Assembly: GCA_947504875.1 (NCBI GenBank)
Contig: CANNJI010000001.1
Location: forward strand, 11,906 to 75,905
Direction: 5' to 3'
From: Legionellaceae bacterium
GTDB taxonomy: Bacteria > Pseudomonadota > Gammaproteobacteria > Legionellales > Legionellaceae
DNA: 64,000 bases
Shown here in pieces: positions 21,270-31,236 of the stretch. The notes beneath the pieces were generated by a model. It saw only the letters and a program-made list of their open reading frames with translations, did not search any database and was not told where the DNA came from. Positions within the stretch are counted from its first letter, which is position 1; the number at the start of each line of letters is the position of its first letter. Both the position numbers and the translations under genes were made by a program.

Positions 21270-24071
21270 TTATTGGCATGCTTCACAGTCAGGGTCTAGT
21301 ATGGAGCAAACCTTGACGTCTGGTTCAAGTTTAACCGCGTTTAATATACCATCCGTGACTGTTGATTTTTCGGCATTACTCGCGCCGAGGCTTCTGAGAT
21401 AATACGTGGTTTTTAGGCCGCGTATCCAAGCAAGTCGATATAAGTCATCGAGCTTTTTCCCAGAGGGTTGTGCCATGTAGATATTTAATGATTGTGCCTG
21501 ATCAATCCATTTCTGACGACGTGAAGCTGCTTCGATAAGCCAGTTGGGTTGAATTTCAAAAGCTGTGGCATAACGGGCTTTTAGATTGTCAGGAATTCGA
21601 TTAATCGATTGAACGCTCCCATTGAAATACTTCAGATCATTAACCATCACCTCATCCCATAAATTAAGTGCTTTTAAATCAGCAACTAAATAAGGATTAA
21701 TAACGGTAAACTCTCCTGATAAGTTAGATTTAACATACAAGTTTTGGTATGTAGGCTCAATGGACTGCGATACGGCACAGATATTTGATATCGTTGCTGT
21801 TGGCGCAATGGCCATTAAGTTAGAGTTGCGCATGCCCTGGGTACGTACTTTGATGCGTAACGCCTCCCAATCAAGACGTTGTGTCTTGTCTTGTGTTAAG
21901 AATTTGTCTCGGTCTTGTTGTAATAAATTGATCGAGTCAATGGGGAGGATCCCTTTACTCCAGAGTGATCCCTCATAACTTGAATATTTACCACGCTCTT
22001 TTGCGAGCTCACAAGATGCATCAATTGCATGGTAGCTGATTGTTTCCATGGATGAGTCAGCAAATTCAATGGCTGCATCTGAAGAGTAGTCAGTATTAAG
22101 CGCATACAAGGCATCTTGGAAGCCCATAATACCTAATCCAACCGGGCGGTGTTTTAAGTTTGAATTTCGTGCTTGAGGTACTGAATAATAGTTAATGTCG
22201 ATGACATTATCTAACATACGAACAGCTGTTTTAACGGTTCGTTTCAATTTCTCTTGGTCAAGTTTTCCGTTAATAATATGAGCAGGTAGATTGATACTTC
22301 CCAAATTACAGACAGCAATCTCGTCAACTGAGGTATTTAAAGTTATTTCAGTACATAGATTTGAACTATGCACAACACCAGCATGTTGTTGAGGTGATCT
22401 CAAATTACAGGCATCTTTAAACGTGAGCCAAGGGTGGCCTGTTTCAAAAAGCATAGATAGCATTTTTCGCCATAATTTAATCGCAGGAACAATTTTGGTG
22501 TTTTTAATGATCCCTTGACGTGCTTTTTCTTCGTAACTTAAATACAGTGTTTCAAATGTTTTGCCATATTGATCATGTAAGCCAGGTACTTCTTCTGGAG
22601 AGAAGAGGGTCCATTCTCCTTCGTTATATACACGTTTCATGAAGAGGTCGGGTATCCATAAAGCGGTATTCATGTCGTGTGTACGACGCCGGTCATCTCC
22701 GGTGTTTTTTCTGAGCTCTAAAAACTCTTCTACGTCGCGATGCCAACATTCAAGATATGCACAAACAGCGCCTTTGCGTTTGCCGCCTTGGTTAACTGCA
22801 ACAGCGGTTGCATCTGCAACATTTAAGAAAGGCACAACCCCTTGAGAGTGTCCGTTGGTTCCTTGAATATGCGAACCCATTGCACGCACAGAAGTCCAGT
22901 CATTGCCTAAGCCTCCAGCAAATTTGGATAACAATGCATTGTCTTTTATCGCGCTGTAAATACCGTCTAGGCTGTCTGGAACGGTTGTTAAATAACAGCT
23001 TGAGAGTTGCGGGCGGACTGTACCTGCATTGAATAGCGTGGGTGTTGAAGACATATAATCAAATGAGGATAACAGCGTATAAAATTCAATTGCGCGCTCT
23101 TCCTTGTTGTCTTCACGCAGTGCTAGGCCCATTGCAACACGCATAAAGAATGCTTGCGGAAGTTCATAGCGTATGGATTGATCATGAATAAAATAGCGAT
23201 CATAGAGGGTCTGTAAACTTAAATACGTGAATTGCATATCGCGTTCGGGCAGTAGTGCGTTACCTAGCTTTTCCAAATCAAAGGTGCTTAGATTCTGATC
23301 GAGCATGCCTTGCTTGATACCATGGCTAATGTACGTTTTAAAGTAGGTCGGATAAAGGCCTGTCATTTCATCAAACGTTGCGTTTTCTCTGATATTAAGT
23401 TTGCTCAGTGCTTCACCACGTAAACTGTCGAGCAGTAAACGAGCACTGACATAGGAGTAGTTTGGTTCGGTCTCAACCAGCGCGCGTGCAGACATAATCA
23501 ACGCTTTATAAACGTCATCGAGTGAAGCTTGGTTATATAAGTTTCTCATCGCGTCTTTAATGACTGGTTCGGCTTTAACATCAGCTAAATTGCGACAGGC
23601 TTCTTCTACGATGGTTTCTACGCGTTGGAGGTTCAGCGGTTCTAACTCGCCATTGGGCATAAGAATTAAAGGTGTTTTATTATCGTGAGATTCTTTTTTT
23701 TGTTGAGCATTACGTGCTTTACGGCGCTCTTCACGATAAAGAACATAAGCGCGTGCAACTTTGTATTGTTCATTACGCATCAGCACCAGTTCAACTTGGT
23801 CTTGAATGTCTTCGATATGTAAGGTGCCGCCTGTGGGTAGTCGTCGATGAAAAGCTTGGGTAATTTGCTTTGTGAGGGCGTAAACTTGTTCATGAATTCG
23901 ATTAGAACTTGCTGCATTTCCACCTTCAACGGCAATGAATGCCTTGGTGACTGCAATTTTGATTTTTTCGTCATCATAATCAGCAAGTTTTCCATTGCGT
24001 TTAATGGTTTTTAGAATCCCTGGCTTGTAGATTGTTAGTTCTACGTATGCTGGCTCAATGATTTCTGACAT
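21270..24071 (-). CDS. nrdA: ribonucleoside-diphosphate reductase alpha subunit
   Basis: Start set at MSEIIEP (GGAGACCAC ATG). ATP-cone N-terminus, catalytic NLCTEI and the C-terminal CxxC tail (DPDCEACQ). Confidence 0.95.
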   Translation of the reverse strand: MSEIIEPAYVELTIYKPGILKTIKRNGKLADYDDEKIKIAVTKAFIAVEGGNAASSNRIHEQVYALTKQITQAFHRRLPTGGTLHIEDIQDQVELVLMRNEQYKVARAYVLYREERRKARNAQQKKESHDNKTPLILMPNGELEPLNLQRVETIVEEACRNLADVKAEPVIKDAMRNLYNQASLDDVYKALIMSARALVETEPNYSYVSARLLLDSLRGEALSKLNIRENATFDEMTGLYPTYFKTYISHGIKQGMLDQNLSTFDLEKLGNALLPERDMQFTYLSLQTLYDRYFIHDQSIRYELPQAFFMRVAMGLALREDNKEERAIEFYTLLSSFDYMSSTPTLFNAGTVRPQLSSCYLTTVPDSLDGIYSAIKDNALLSKFAGGLGNDWTSVRAMGSHIQGTNGHSQGVVPFLNVADATAVAVNQGGKRKGAVCAYLECWHRDVEEFLELRKNTGDDRRRTHDMNTALWIPDLFMKRVYNEGEWTLFSPEEVPGLHDQYGKTFETLYLSYEEKARQGIIKNTKIVPAIKLWRKMLSMLFETGHPWLTFKDACNLRSPQQHAGVVHSSNLCTEITLNTSVDEIAVCNLGSINLPAHIINGKLDQEKLKRTVKTAVRMLDNVIDINYYSVPQARNSNLKHRPVGLGIMGFQDALYALNTDYSSDAAIEFADSSMETISYHAIDASCELAKERGKYSSYEGSLWSKGILPIDSINLLQQDRDKFLTQDKTQRLDWEALRIKVRTQGMRNSNLMAIAPTATISNICAVSQSIEPTYQNLYVKSNLSGEFTVINPYLVADLKALNLWDEVMVNDLKYFNGSVQSINRIPDNLKARYATAFEIQPNWLIEAASRRQKWIDQAQSLNIYMAQPSGKKLDDLYRLAWIRGLKTTYYLRSLGASNAEKSTVTDGILNAVKLEPDVKVCSILDPDCEACQ

Positions 24072-24101
24072 GTGGTCTCCTAGGCGGGTGAAAAGCATAA
24101 A

Positions 24102-24148
24102 ACACAATATATAGTTATTTGTGTTTTCTTTTTTACAATATAATGTGT
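24102..24148 (-). promoter_or_regulatory. two tandem NrdR boxes upstream of nrdAB
   Basis: On the minus strand, ACACATTATATTGTAA (24148..24133) and TAACTATATATTGTGT (24117..24102) match the 16-bp NrdR palindrome acaCwAtATaTwGtgt at 13/16 and 14/16 positions. Centres are 31 bp apart. Confidence 0.6.
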
Positions 24149-24203
24149 TTGTCTGTAAAAGACAAGAGAATAACATGATGAATATGCTGTGGATAAGTTG
24201 TGA

Positions 24204-24965
24204 TTATCTGGGCTTAACAATCACGGCATCTGTAATGAGTGAAAAACCAGGTGAGCTGAGTTGAAATAGGCCAAGTTGGGCATAGAGTTGCGTTGAGCTT
24301 CCGCCATCCAGATTAAGCGCGTGCTGACATGAGAGTGGAAATGATTTCATTAAGGTTGCAAGTGCGTTCGTTGTGAGAGGCATGTGGTCGGTTGCGAGGA
24401 TAATGACATGACCATCCGCTGTAATACCGAGCGCTGTACGTTCTGCTATTCCCTGTTTAAGAGCGGGTATTTTTCCGTTAATCAGTAAACGAGGACCACT
24501 TTGTATAGCGAAGTCGAGTGCATTTGTATTGATCTCATTGAATTTAGAAACCCGGGCTTTTTGATCTTTAATAGAAAAAACACCCCACCAACTGATGGGC
24601 TTAATGGGTGAGTATTGGTGGTGATGGCCAATCCGTAATCCCAGAGGCCGGTAAGTTGCGTCAAAGAAACCACCATTTATTGCGATTTTCCCGTGGCTAT
24701 GCAAGGCTAACTCATCAACCGATGCAAGTTTTTTTCCTAGATCGGGCGCCAGGGTTAAATCGAGTAGATTGTATTTTAGATCAATTCGAAAAACATGGAT
24801 GTGTGACCAAGGTGTAAGCATGTTAAGTCCTAGGTCTCTGTATTCTATCCCTTGAGAGATCGTTTTCCATTCCGATGCATATATATTTGTGCTTGTGAGT
24901 AATGCATAAATAACAAAAAAAGCGTTAAAGTATCTTGTGATGAATGCAATGGTTTGCCTTAGCAT
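24204..24965 (-). CDS. phosphodiester glycosidase family protein (DUF2233/NAGPA-like), exported
   Basis: Signal-like N-terminus. AINGGFFD, ERTALGITADGHVIILATD and LNLDGGSSTQLY motifs of the phosphodiester glycosidase family. Confidence 0.65.
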   Translation of the reverse strand: MLRQTIAFITRYFNAFFVIYALLTSTNIYASEWKTISQGIEYRDLGLNMLTPWSHIHVFRIDLKYNLLDLTLAPDLGKKLASVDELALHSHGKIAINGGFFDATYRPLGLRIGHHHQYSPIKPISWWGVFSIKDQKARVSKFNEINTNALDFAIQSGPRLLINGKIPALKQGIAERTALGITADGHVIILATDHMPLTTNALATLMKSFPLSCQHALNLDGGSSTQLYAQLGLFQLSSPGFSLITDAVIVKPR

Positions 24966-25015
24966 GGTTATCTTGTATCCTTGTATTTAAGACAAGTAAC
25001 GATTATTGGAATATT

Positions 25016-26377
25016 ATGCGATATTTAGCCGAACATACCAACAGCTCTTTGACAAAATCAACACAATATCTTTCTTCATTAATGGAAGATGTTCTCATCC
25101 GGGCAAAGAAACAAGGCGCATCAGATGCGGCTGTTTCTGTAAATCATGATGAGGGCTTTTCCGTCAATGTACGAATGGGTGAGGTTGAAACCGTTGCCTT
25201 TAGTGAGGAAAAGGGCATTGGCATTACCGTGTACTTGGGACAAAAAAAAGGAAGTGCAAGCAGTAGCGATACGTCGGCCCAAGCATTGGATGCAATGATT
25301 TCTGCAGCCATCGATATTGCACGTGTTAGCGCGTCAGATCCTTGTTTTGGTCTCCCTGACCCTTCGTTGATTCAAAAAGATTATCTTAACCTTGATTTGT
25401 TACATGCTTGGTCTATCACACCCAGTGAGGCGATTACGCTTGCAACAACCTGCGAAACTCAAGCACTGAATCTTGATAAGCGTATTACCAACTCGGATGG
25501 TGTGAGTGTTTCAAGCTATACCTTTTGCTCTGGCTATGCCAGTAGCCAAGGATTTATGGGAATTGTGCCAGGAAGTCGACACAGTATCAGTTGTTCTTTA
25601 ATTGCAAAAGAGAATGACTTGATGCAGCGAGACTATGAGTATACGACGACAAGAAAAGCAAGCGAGCTTATGTCTATAGAATTGTTAGCTGCTTCAGCTG
25701 TTGAACGGACAACCAAAAGGCTTGGTGCTAGCCGATTAAAAACTCAAAAATGTCCTGTGATATTTTCTTCACGTGTATCCAGTGGTCTTTTTTCATCGTT
25801 TATCGCTGCAATCAGTGGTTCAAACTTATATAGAAAAAATTCATTTTTACTCAATAACCTAGAAAAAACGCTGTTTCCTTCTGATATTCAAGTCTATGAG
25901 CAGCCTCATATTATGGGTGGATTAGGAAGTTCACCTTTCGATGGCGAGGGGGTTATCACACGGCACAATTGTTTTATAAAAGACGGTATTTTACGTCAGT
26001 ATGCCTTAGGAAGTTATTCCGCACGAAAAATGGGTTTAGAAACCACGGCCAACAGTGATGGTGTTCATAATTTAACAATTGATTCAACGGCTGGGGATCT
26101 TCAGGATTTATTAAAAAAAATGGATACAGGATTGCTGGTAACAGAACTGATGGGGCAGGGTGTCAATATATTAACCGGAGATTATTCGCGTGGAGCGACA
26201 GGGTTTTGGGTTGAGAAGGGTATGATTCAATTTCCTGTTGAGGAAATTACGATTGCTGGCAATATGAAGGATATGTTTCAGCATATCGTTGCTGTGGGCT
26301 CTGATGTAAACCCGAATATTGCCACTCGTTGTGGGTCTATTTTATTGGAAGAAATGATGATTGCAGGTGACGCATGA
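25016..26377 (+). CDS. pmbA: metalloprotease PmbA (TldE)
   Basis: Start set at MRYLAEH. PmbA/TldD family length and C-terminal GDYSRGATGFWVEKG..PVEE.TIAGN motif. Confidence 0.88.
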   Translation: MRYLAEHTNSSLTKSTQYLSSLMEDVLIRAKKQGASDAAVSVNHDEGFSVNVRMGEVETVAFSEEKGIGITVYLGQKKGSASSSDTSAQALDAMISAAIDIARVSASDPCFGLPDPSLIQKDYLNLDLLHAWSITPSEAITLATTCETQALNLDKRITNSDGVSVSSYTFCSGYASSQGFMGIVPGSRHSISCSLIAKENDLMQRDYEYTTTRKASELMSIELLAASAVERTTKRLGASRLKTQKCPVIFSSRVSSGLFSSFIAAISGSNLYRKNSFLLNNLEKTLFPSDIQVYEQPHIMGGLGSSPFDGEGVITRHNCFIKDGILRQYALGSYSARKMGLETTANSDGVHNLTIDSTAGDLQDLLKKMDTGLLVTELMGQGVNILTGDYSRGATGFWVEKGMIQFPVEEITIAGNMKDMFQHIVAVGSDVNPNIATRCGSILLEEMMIAGDA

Positions 26378-26817
26378 TGAGGCTCGTGGGGTATTTTTTT
26401 GGTTTGATGTTAAGTACGCAGTTGTTTGCCTTTCCATGTTACATCATGTTGGTTAAAGACAGCTGCTGGACTGATTATGACGTTACTATTAACATTATGG
26501 ATACAATAAAAGACGCCTCAAAAGGGTCGGTTTCAGTAGCCGCTGGGAAATCTTGGACGCGCGAAAAGTTTGATTGTGAACCCAAGGAAGTTTTACTTTT
26601 TAATGCAAAATTCACCCCTGTTTTTTGGAAAGGGGGTGAGGAAAAAACATATCATGCAAAACGTTACTGGTCACTGCCTGAAAGTATTTTACCCAATCAG
26701 AGTGCGTGGACTATTAATCTGTGTTATCCGAATGATTTTTCAGAAGTGCCATTGCCTCCAAGAGCGGATAATAAATGTGCTTGTAATGTGCAGGGGATCC
26801 CTGAGGTTAAATTATAG
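26374..26817 (+). CDS. hypothetical exported Cys-rich protein
   Basis: ATGA overlap with the pmbA stop. N-terminal signal-like MMRLVGYFFGLMLSTQLFA. Six Cys in the mature part. No recognised domain. Confidence 0.45.
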   Translation: MMRLVGYFFGLMLSTQLFAFPCYIMLVKDSCWTDYDVTINIMDTIKDASKGSVSVAAGKSWTREKFDCEPKEVLLFNAKFTPVFWKGGEEKTYHAKRYWSLPESILPNQSAWTINLCYPNDFSEVPLPPRADNKCACNVQGIPEVKL

Positions 26818-26931
26818 TGAGAAGCTGAAATATTGGAGAACTTCATTATCAATAAATAAAATTTGAGTAAGGTGTGATGGTGGCATTTATCCGAAAGTCT
26901 ACATCTGTGGCTTAGTGACGCCTAGGGTTAA

Positions 26932-28209
26932 TTATTTTTTAAGTAAGATACTATAGAAAAATCCATCCATATTATTCTCACCGGGTAGAATTTGATAACC
27001 ATGCCCGGTATTTATGCCCCACGATAATGTTTTAGATATTACTTCACAATCTGGATTTTCAGAGACAAACTGCGCTATTTGTAGCTCATTTTCTTCAGGT
27101 AAAACAGAGCATGTTGCATAGAGTAATATGCCATTGTGAGCTAGACACGGCCACAGTGATTCGAGTAGATTTTTTTGTATCGCGTTGATGGCTGTGATTT
27201 CTTCTGGCGTGCGTAAAAGTTTAATGTCTGGGTGTCGACGAATAACGCCTGTTGCTGAACATGGGGCATCTAATAATATGCGATCAAACGGCACATTGTC
27301 CCACCATTTTTTTGTATCAGAAGCATCCGATTGAATTAACGTTGCTTGAAGATTTAGTCTGTTCAAGTTTTCTTGGACACGAGACAAACGTCTTGCATCA
27401 ACATCCAATGCAACACACGTTTTTAGATGGGCCTCTGTTTCGAGGATGTGGCCTGTTTTTCCACCTGGGGCACTACAGGCATCTAATACGCGAAGGTTCG
27501 GCTTTAAATCGAGGAGTGTAACTGATAATTGTGCAGCTTCGTCTTGTACAGAAACCAGACCTTCTTGAAACCCTGGTAATTCATATACATCACAAGGGTC
27601 TGATAAGCTGATCCCTCCTGGGGCATGTTCTAAAAGCCTTCCATGCTTGCTTATTTTTGTTAATTCTTTTAAGTAGGCTGATGTAGATATTTTACTCGTG
27701 TTAACACGAATACTCATGGGGGGATGTATATCGTTGTTTTGAAGGATACTTTCCCAATCATTTGGCCAAGCTTTTTTTAGACGACCGATCAACCATTCAG
27801 GATGGTTGTTAATAAAGGCAGGCTTGGTTTTAATCTCCGCTATTATTTGCGCTTGGTCTCGACAATAATGCCTCAGCGTTGCATTCATTAAGCCTCGTGC
27901 CCAACGTGTTTTGTGGGTATTGAGTAAAGCAACTGTTTCTTGGACCACAGCATAATCAGGGAGTTTTAAATGATGGATTTGATAAAGGCCCATGAGCAAG
28001 CTAATCCAAACATCTAATCCTTTGGGTTTCTTTTTTAAAAGGTGAAGCGCTAAGGTTTCAAGTTGAATTGCATGCCGACATACGCCAAAGCAAAGATTTC
28101 TGGAGAAGGGCGGTAACGCTGCAATGTGGTGAGATAAGGGTGTTCGTTCTTTAAAAACGAGGACTAGTGCATCGCGAGCAAGTTCGCGTTCATTTTTTTT
28201 TAACGTCAT
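26932..28209 (-). CDS. rsmB: 16S rRNA (cytosine967-C5)-methyltransferase
   Basis: Start set at MTLKKNE, giving an ATGA overlap with the fmt stop. NusB-like N-domain. SAM motif DACSAPGGKT and catalytic DAPCSATG...ATCS. Confidence 0.9.
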   Translation of the reverse strand: MTLKKNERELARDALVLVFKERTPLSHHIAALPPFSRNLCFGVCRHAIQLETLALHLLKKKPKGLDVWISLLMGLYQIHHLKLPDYAVVQETVALLNTHKTRWARGLMNATLRHYCRDQAQIIAEIKTKPAFINNHPEWLIGRLKKAWPNDWESILQNNDIHPPMSIRVNTSKISTSAYLKELTKISKHGRLLEHAPGGISLSDPCDVYELPGFQEGLVSVQDEAAQLSVTLLDLKPNLRVLDACSAPGGKTGHILETEAHLKTCVALDVDARRLSRVQENLNRLNLQATLIQSDASDTKKWWDNVPFDRILLDAPCSATGVIRRHPDIKLLRTPEEITAINAIQKNLLESLWPCLAHNGILLYATCSVLPEENELQIAQFVSENPDCEVISKTLSWGINTGHGYQILPGENNMDGFFYSILLKK

Positions 28210-29153
28210 TGAAAACATTGTCCTTTTAAAAAGCGAGTTGGCTCTCCTCGCAAACACTCTGCAACAGACATCGCTCTTGAGCCTGGCAGCTGAATTGTTT
28301 CGAGTAATAGCGCATGATCTTTTGTGGCAATTAAAAGGCCTTCTTTTTCAATCGAAAGGATGGTGCCAGGCGTAATCGAATGACACGGCTGGGTTGTCAC
28401 CTTGGATTTATAGACCCGAATGGTAGAGTCGTTAATGGTTGTATAAGCAATAGGCCAAGGATTATAAGCCCTTATGGCTTGATCAATCGTGATTGCTGTG
28501 TTGCTCCAATTAATCAGTGCATCCGTTTTTAAAATTTTAGGGGCGTAGGTTACAAGACTTGACGTTTGTGGGGTTAATATAGCACGGTTGTTTTCGAGTG
28601 CATCCAGTGTTTCGAGTAAAGGGCTTGTAGCACAAGTGGCTAATTTATCATGTAGTGTAGACGCAGTGTCTTCAGTTGAGATAGCACAGTGCGCAGTTGT
28701 GAATGCTGGGCCAGTATCCATCCCAACATCCATTTGCATGATGGTTATCCCTGTTTCGGTATCCCCATGTAAAATACTTTGTTGAATGGGTGAGGCTCCA
28801 CGCCAACGAGGTAAGAGAGAAGCATGAACATTAATACAACCTAATCTTGGTATTGCAAGCACAGCAGCAGGAAGAATGAGTCCGTAGGCAATGACAACAA
28901 GTACATCCAAGGCTAAGTGTTGAAGAATATCTCGTGTTTCTTTTTCTTTAAAGTTAAGGGGTTGATAAACAGAGACATTGTGTTCTAAGGCCCATGTTTT
29001 AACAGCAGAGGCTTGCATTGCTCGCCCTCGGCCAGCAGGTCTGTCGGGTTGTGTATAAATGGCCTTTAAATGATGACGCGAATCGTGTAATGCATTTAGG
29101 CAGGGCAGCGTAAATGCAGGCGTTCCTGCAAAACCAATCGTTAATCCTTTCAT
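28206..29153 (-). CDS. fmt: methionyl-tRNA formyltransferase
   Basis: FAGTPAF N-terminus, INVHASLLPRWRGASPIQ motif and a def-fmt-rsmB gene order. Confidence 0.95.
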   Translation of the reverse strand: MKGLTIGFAGTPAFTLPCLNALHDSRHHLKAIYTQPDRPAGRGRAMQASAVKTWALEHNVSVYQPLNFKEKETRDILQHLALDVLVVIAYGLILPAAVLAIPRLGCINVHASLLPRWRGASPIQQSILHGDTETGITIMQMDVGMDTGPAFTTAHCAISTEDTASTLHDKLATCATSPLLETLDALENNRAILTPQTSSLVTYAPKILKTDALINWSNTAITIDQAIRAYNPWPIAYTTINDSTIRVYKSKVTTQPCHSITPGTILSIEKEGLLIATKDHALLLETIQLPGSRAMSVAECLRGEPTRFLKGQCFQ

Positions 29154-29662
29154 GATGAAGCGGCGTTTCGACGTTTATATTTATCGAGCTTTCGTCGTGC
29201 AATGGCGCGCTTTAAAGGGGAGAGATGGTCTACAAATAGTTTTCCGTTAAGATGATCAATTTCATGCTGAAAACACTGACCCAGTAATTCAGTAGCCGTC
29301 ATTTCAAAGGGGGTTCCAAAGCGATCTTGTGCACGAATAGTGACTGTTTCTGCGCGAGTTAACGTATCATAAGCAGAAGGAACAGATAAACACCCTTCGG
29401 TATATTCAGTTTCACCTGTTTTTTGAATGATCTCGGGGTTAACCAGTACAATTTGTTCTGTTTTATCGCCAATAACGTCAACAACAGATAATTGTAGGTT
29501 AATGCCAATTTGAGGCGCAGCAAGTCCTACACCTTTGGCATGATACATGGTATCGAACATATCATTAATAAGGGTTTGAAGGTCATTATCGAATTGTTCT
29601 ACACGTGCGTTTCGTTGTCTTAATCGCTCGTCAGGGAGATAAATAATTTTGCGTAAGGCCAT
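29150..29662 (-). CDS. def: peptide deformylase
   Basis: GVGLAAPQIG, EGCLS and HEIDHLNG metal-binding motifs. Confidence 0.95.
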   Translation of the reverse strand: MALRKIIYLPDERLRQRNARVEQFDNDLQTLINDMFDTMYHAKGVGLAAPQIGINLQLSVVDVIGDKTEQIVLVNPEIIQKTGETEYTEGCLSVPSAYDTLTRAETVTIRAQDRFGTPFEMTATELLGQCFQHEIDHLNGKLFVDHLSPLKRAIARRKLDKYKRRNAASS

Positions 29663-29690
29663 AATGAAATTGTCTGGTTAAGTCAAAGTA

Positions 29691-30788
29691 ATGCATGATA
29701 TTATACCCGACATGAACAATAAACACTACCTTCTGGCTTTAAATCGTATTGCAGGGATTGGACCCCGGACAGTCATCAAACTTTTGAATCGATGGCCCAA
29801 TTTAAATGATCTATTTCAATTGTCACACAATGACCGTATCGAAGCGGGGCTTCCGCCAAAATTATCTCAAGCACTTCAAAATATACCGCTTGCTGCGATT
29901 GATGCAGATTTACACTGGGAGCAGTCTGAATCGCATCATACAATTTTAACGTTGCTTGACCCCCTTTATCCTCCATTATTAAAAGAAATTCATGATCCTC
30001 CACCTGTTCTTTACGCAAAAGGGTGTTTGAGTGCACTCGACTCAAGCTCATTGGCAATGGTTGGCACGCGTAATCCTTCTGTAACAGGACGAAAAATAGC
30101 ACGTTCATTTGCTTTTGAATTGGCAAAGGAACAACTTACAATTACCAGTGGTCTTGCACTAGGCATTGATGGTGAAGTCCATGAAGGGTGTCTTTCTGCG
30201 AAAGGCAGAACAATTGCTGTGATGGCAACGGGAATTGATTGCATTTATCCTTTACAACATGCGAAACTAGCTGAAAAAATTTGTACGGATGGGTTGTTGT
30301 TAACAGAATTCTCATTAAAAGTTACGCCCAATGCTGGACATTTCCCACGCAGAAATCGTATAATAAGTGGTTTATCATTGGGCACATTGGTTGTTGAGGC
30401 TGCAATAAAGAGTGGTTCGCTCATTACTGCACGAATGGCGATGGAGCAAAATCGAAGTGTTTTTGCGATACCAGGGTCTATTTATAATCAACAATCTAAG
30501 GGTTGTCATCATTTATTGCAACAAGGTGCAACATTGGTAACATCTCCTCAGGAGGTGCTTTCAGAGGTTATGGGGTGGCAAATGTCTAAACCTATTGACA
30601 AACCGCCTCTAGAAGCGGATAAAAATGAATCTTTGATTCGATGGATTGGGTACGACCTAACAACAGTAGATGAAATGCTTTCGGTCAGTGGCTTGTCAGT
30701 CGCAGAAATCATATGCGATTTGGCTGAGTTTGAGTTACAGGGGCTTATAAAAGCTGTTCCTGGGGGTTATATGAGGTGTTCACGATGA
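29691..30788 (+). CDS. dprA: DNA-processing protein DprA (Smf)
   Basis: Rossmann-like core with GLALGIDG..H and FP.RNRIISGLS motifs. Divergent from def, as in many gammaproteobacteria. Confidence 0.88.
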   Translation: MHDIIPDMNNKHYLLALNRIAGIGPRTVIKLLNRWPNLNDLFQLSHNDRIEAGLPPKLSQALQNIPLAAIDADLHWEQSESHHTILTLLDPLYPPLLKEIHDPPPVLYAKGCLSALDSSSLAMVGTRNPSVTGRKIARSFAFELAKEQLTITSGLALGIDGEVHEGCLSAKGRTIAVMATGIDCIYPLQHAKLAEKICTDGLLLTEFSLKVTPNAGHFPRRNRIISGLSLGTLVVEAAIKSGSLITARMAMEQNRSVFAIPGSIYNQQSKGCHHLLQQGATLVTSPQEVLSEVMGWQMSKPIDKPPLEADKNESLIRWIGYDLTTVDEMLSVSGLSVAEIICDLAEFELQGLIKAVPGGYMRCSR

Positions 30789-31213
30789 AGAATAATATAT
30801 TTGAATTGTTACTGACCTTATTCGAAAAGGCGCTGACTCAAATCAAGGAGTCAACTGAATCGCCGGTGGCTCGGCACGATCTGTCCGGTGTTGAAAAAAA
30901 GAATGTTTTACAACTTGCACTGATACGGGAGCCTAGCGCTTCAGGAATTCGTATTTTCACACATGAAGAACGAATGAAATTAACAAAAGCAAGTTATCAG
31001 TTTTTAAAACGGATGGGCGACTTGCAGATTGTTACGCCAGAACTGCGGGAACTTATTATTAACCGACTCTTGTTTTCGGAGTCGCGGTTTGTTGATTTAC
31101 AAGAAACAAAATGGACGATTCGCAATACCCTGGCTGAACGCCTATTGCCAGAGCAATTGGCTTTTCTTGATATGGTGTTGTATCAACGTGAAGATGGTTT
31201 AGCGTTACATTAA
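30776..31213 (+). CDS. smg: Smg protein (DUF494)
   Basis: 145-aa ORF overlapping the dprA 3' end and preceding topA (conserved dprA-smg-topA order). Sequence-level recognition is only moderate. Confidence 0.65.
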   Translation: MFTMKNNIFELLLTLFEKALTQIKESTESPVARHDLSGVEKKNVLQLALIREPSASGIRIFTHEERMKLTKASYQFLKRMGDLQIVTPELRELIINRLLFSESRFVDLQETKWTIRNTLAERLLPEQLAFLDMVLYQREDGLALH

Positions 31214-31236
31214 ACGCGTTTAAAAGGTTAATTCGT

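Noticed and set aside
24072-24176. 35-codon N-terminal extension of the nrdA track ORF (MLFSCLLQTNTLYCK...)
   Set aside because: The extension has no ribosome-binding site and a low-complexity, Cys-rich sequence, and it contains both NrdR boxes. The ATG at 24071 has a GGAG site and starts with the conserved ATP-cone region.
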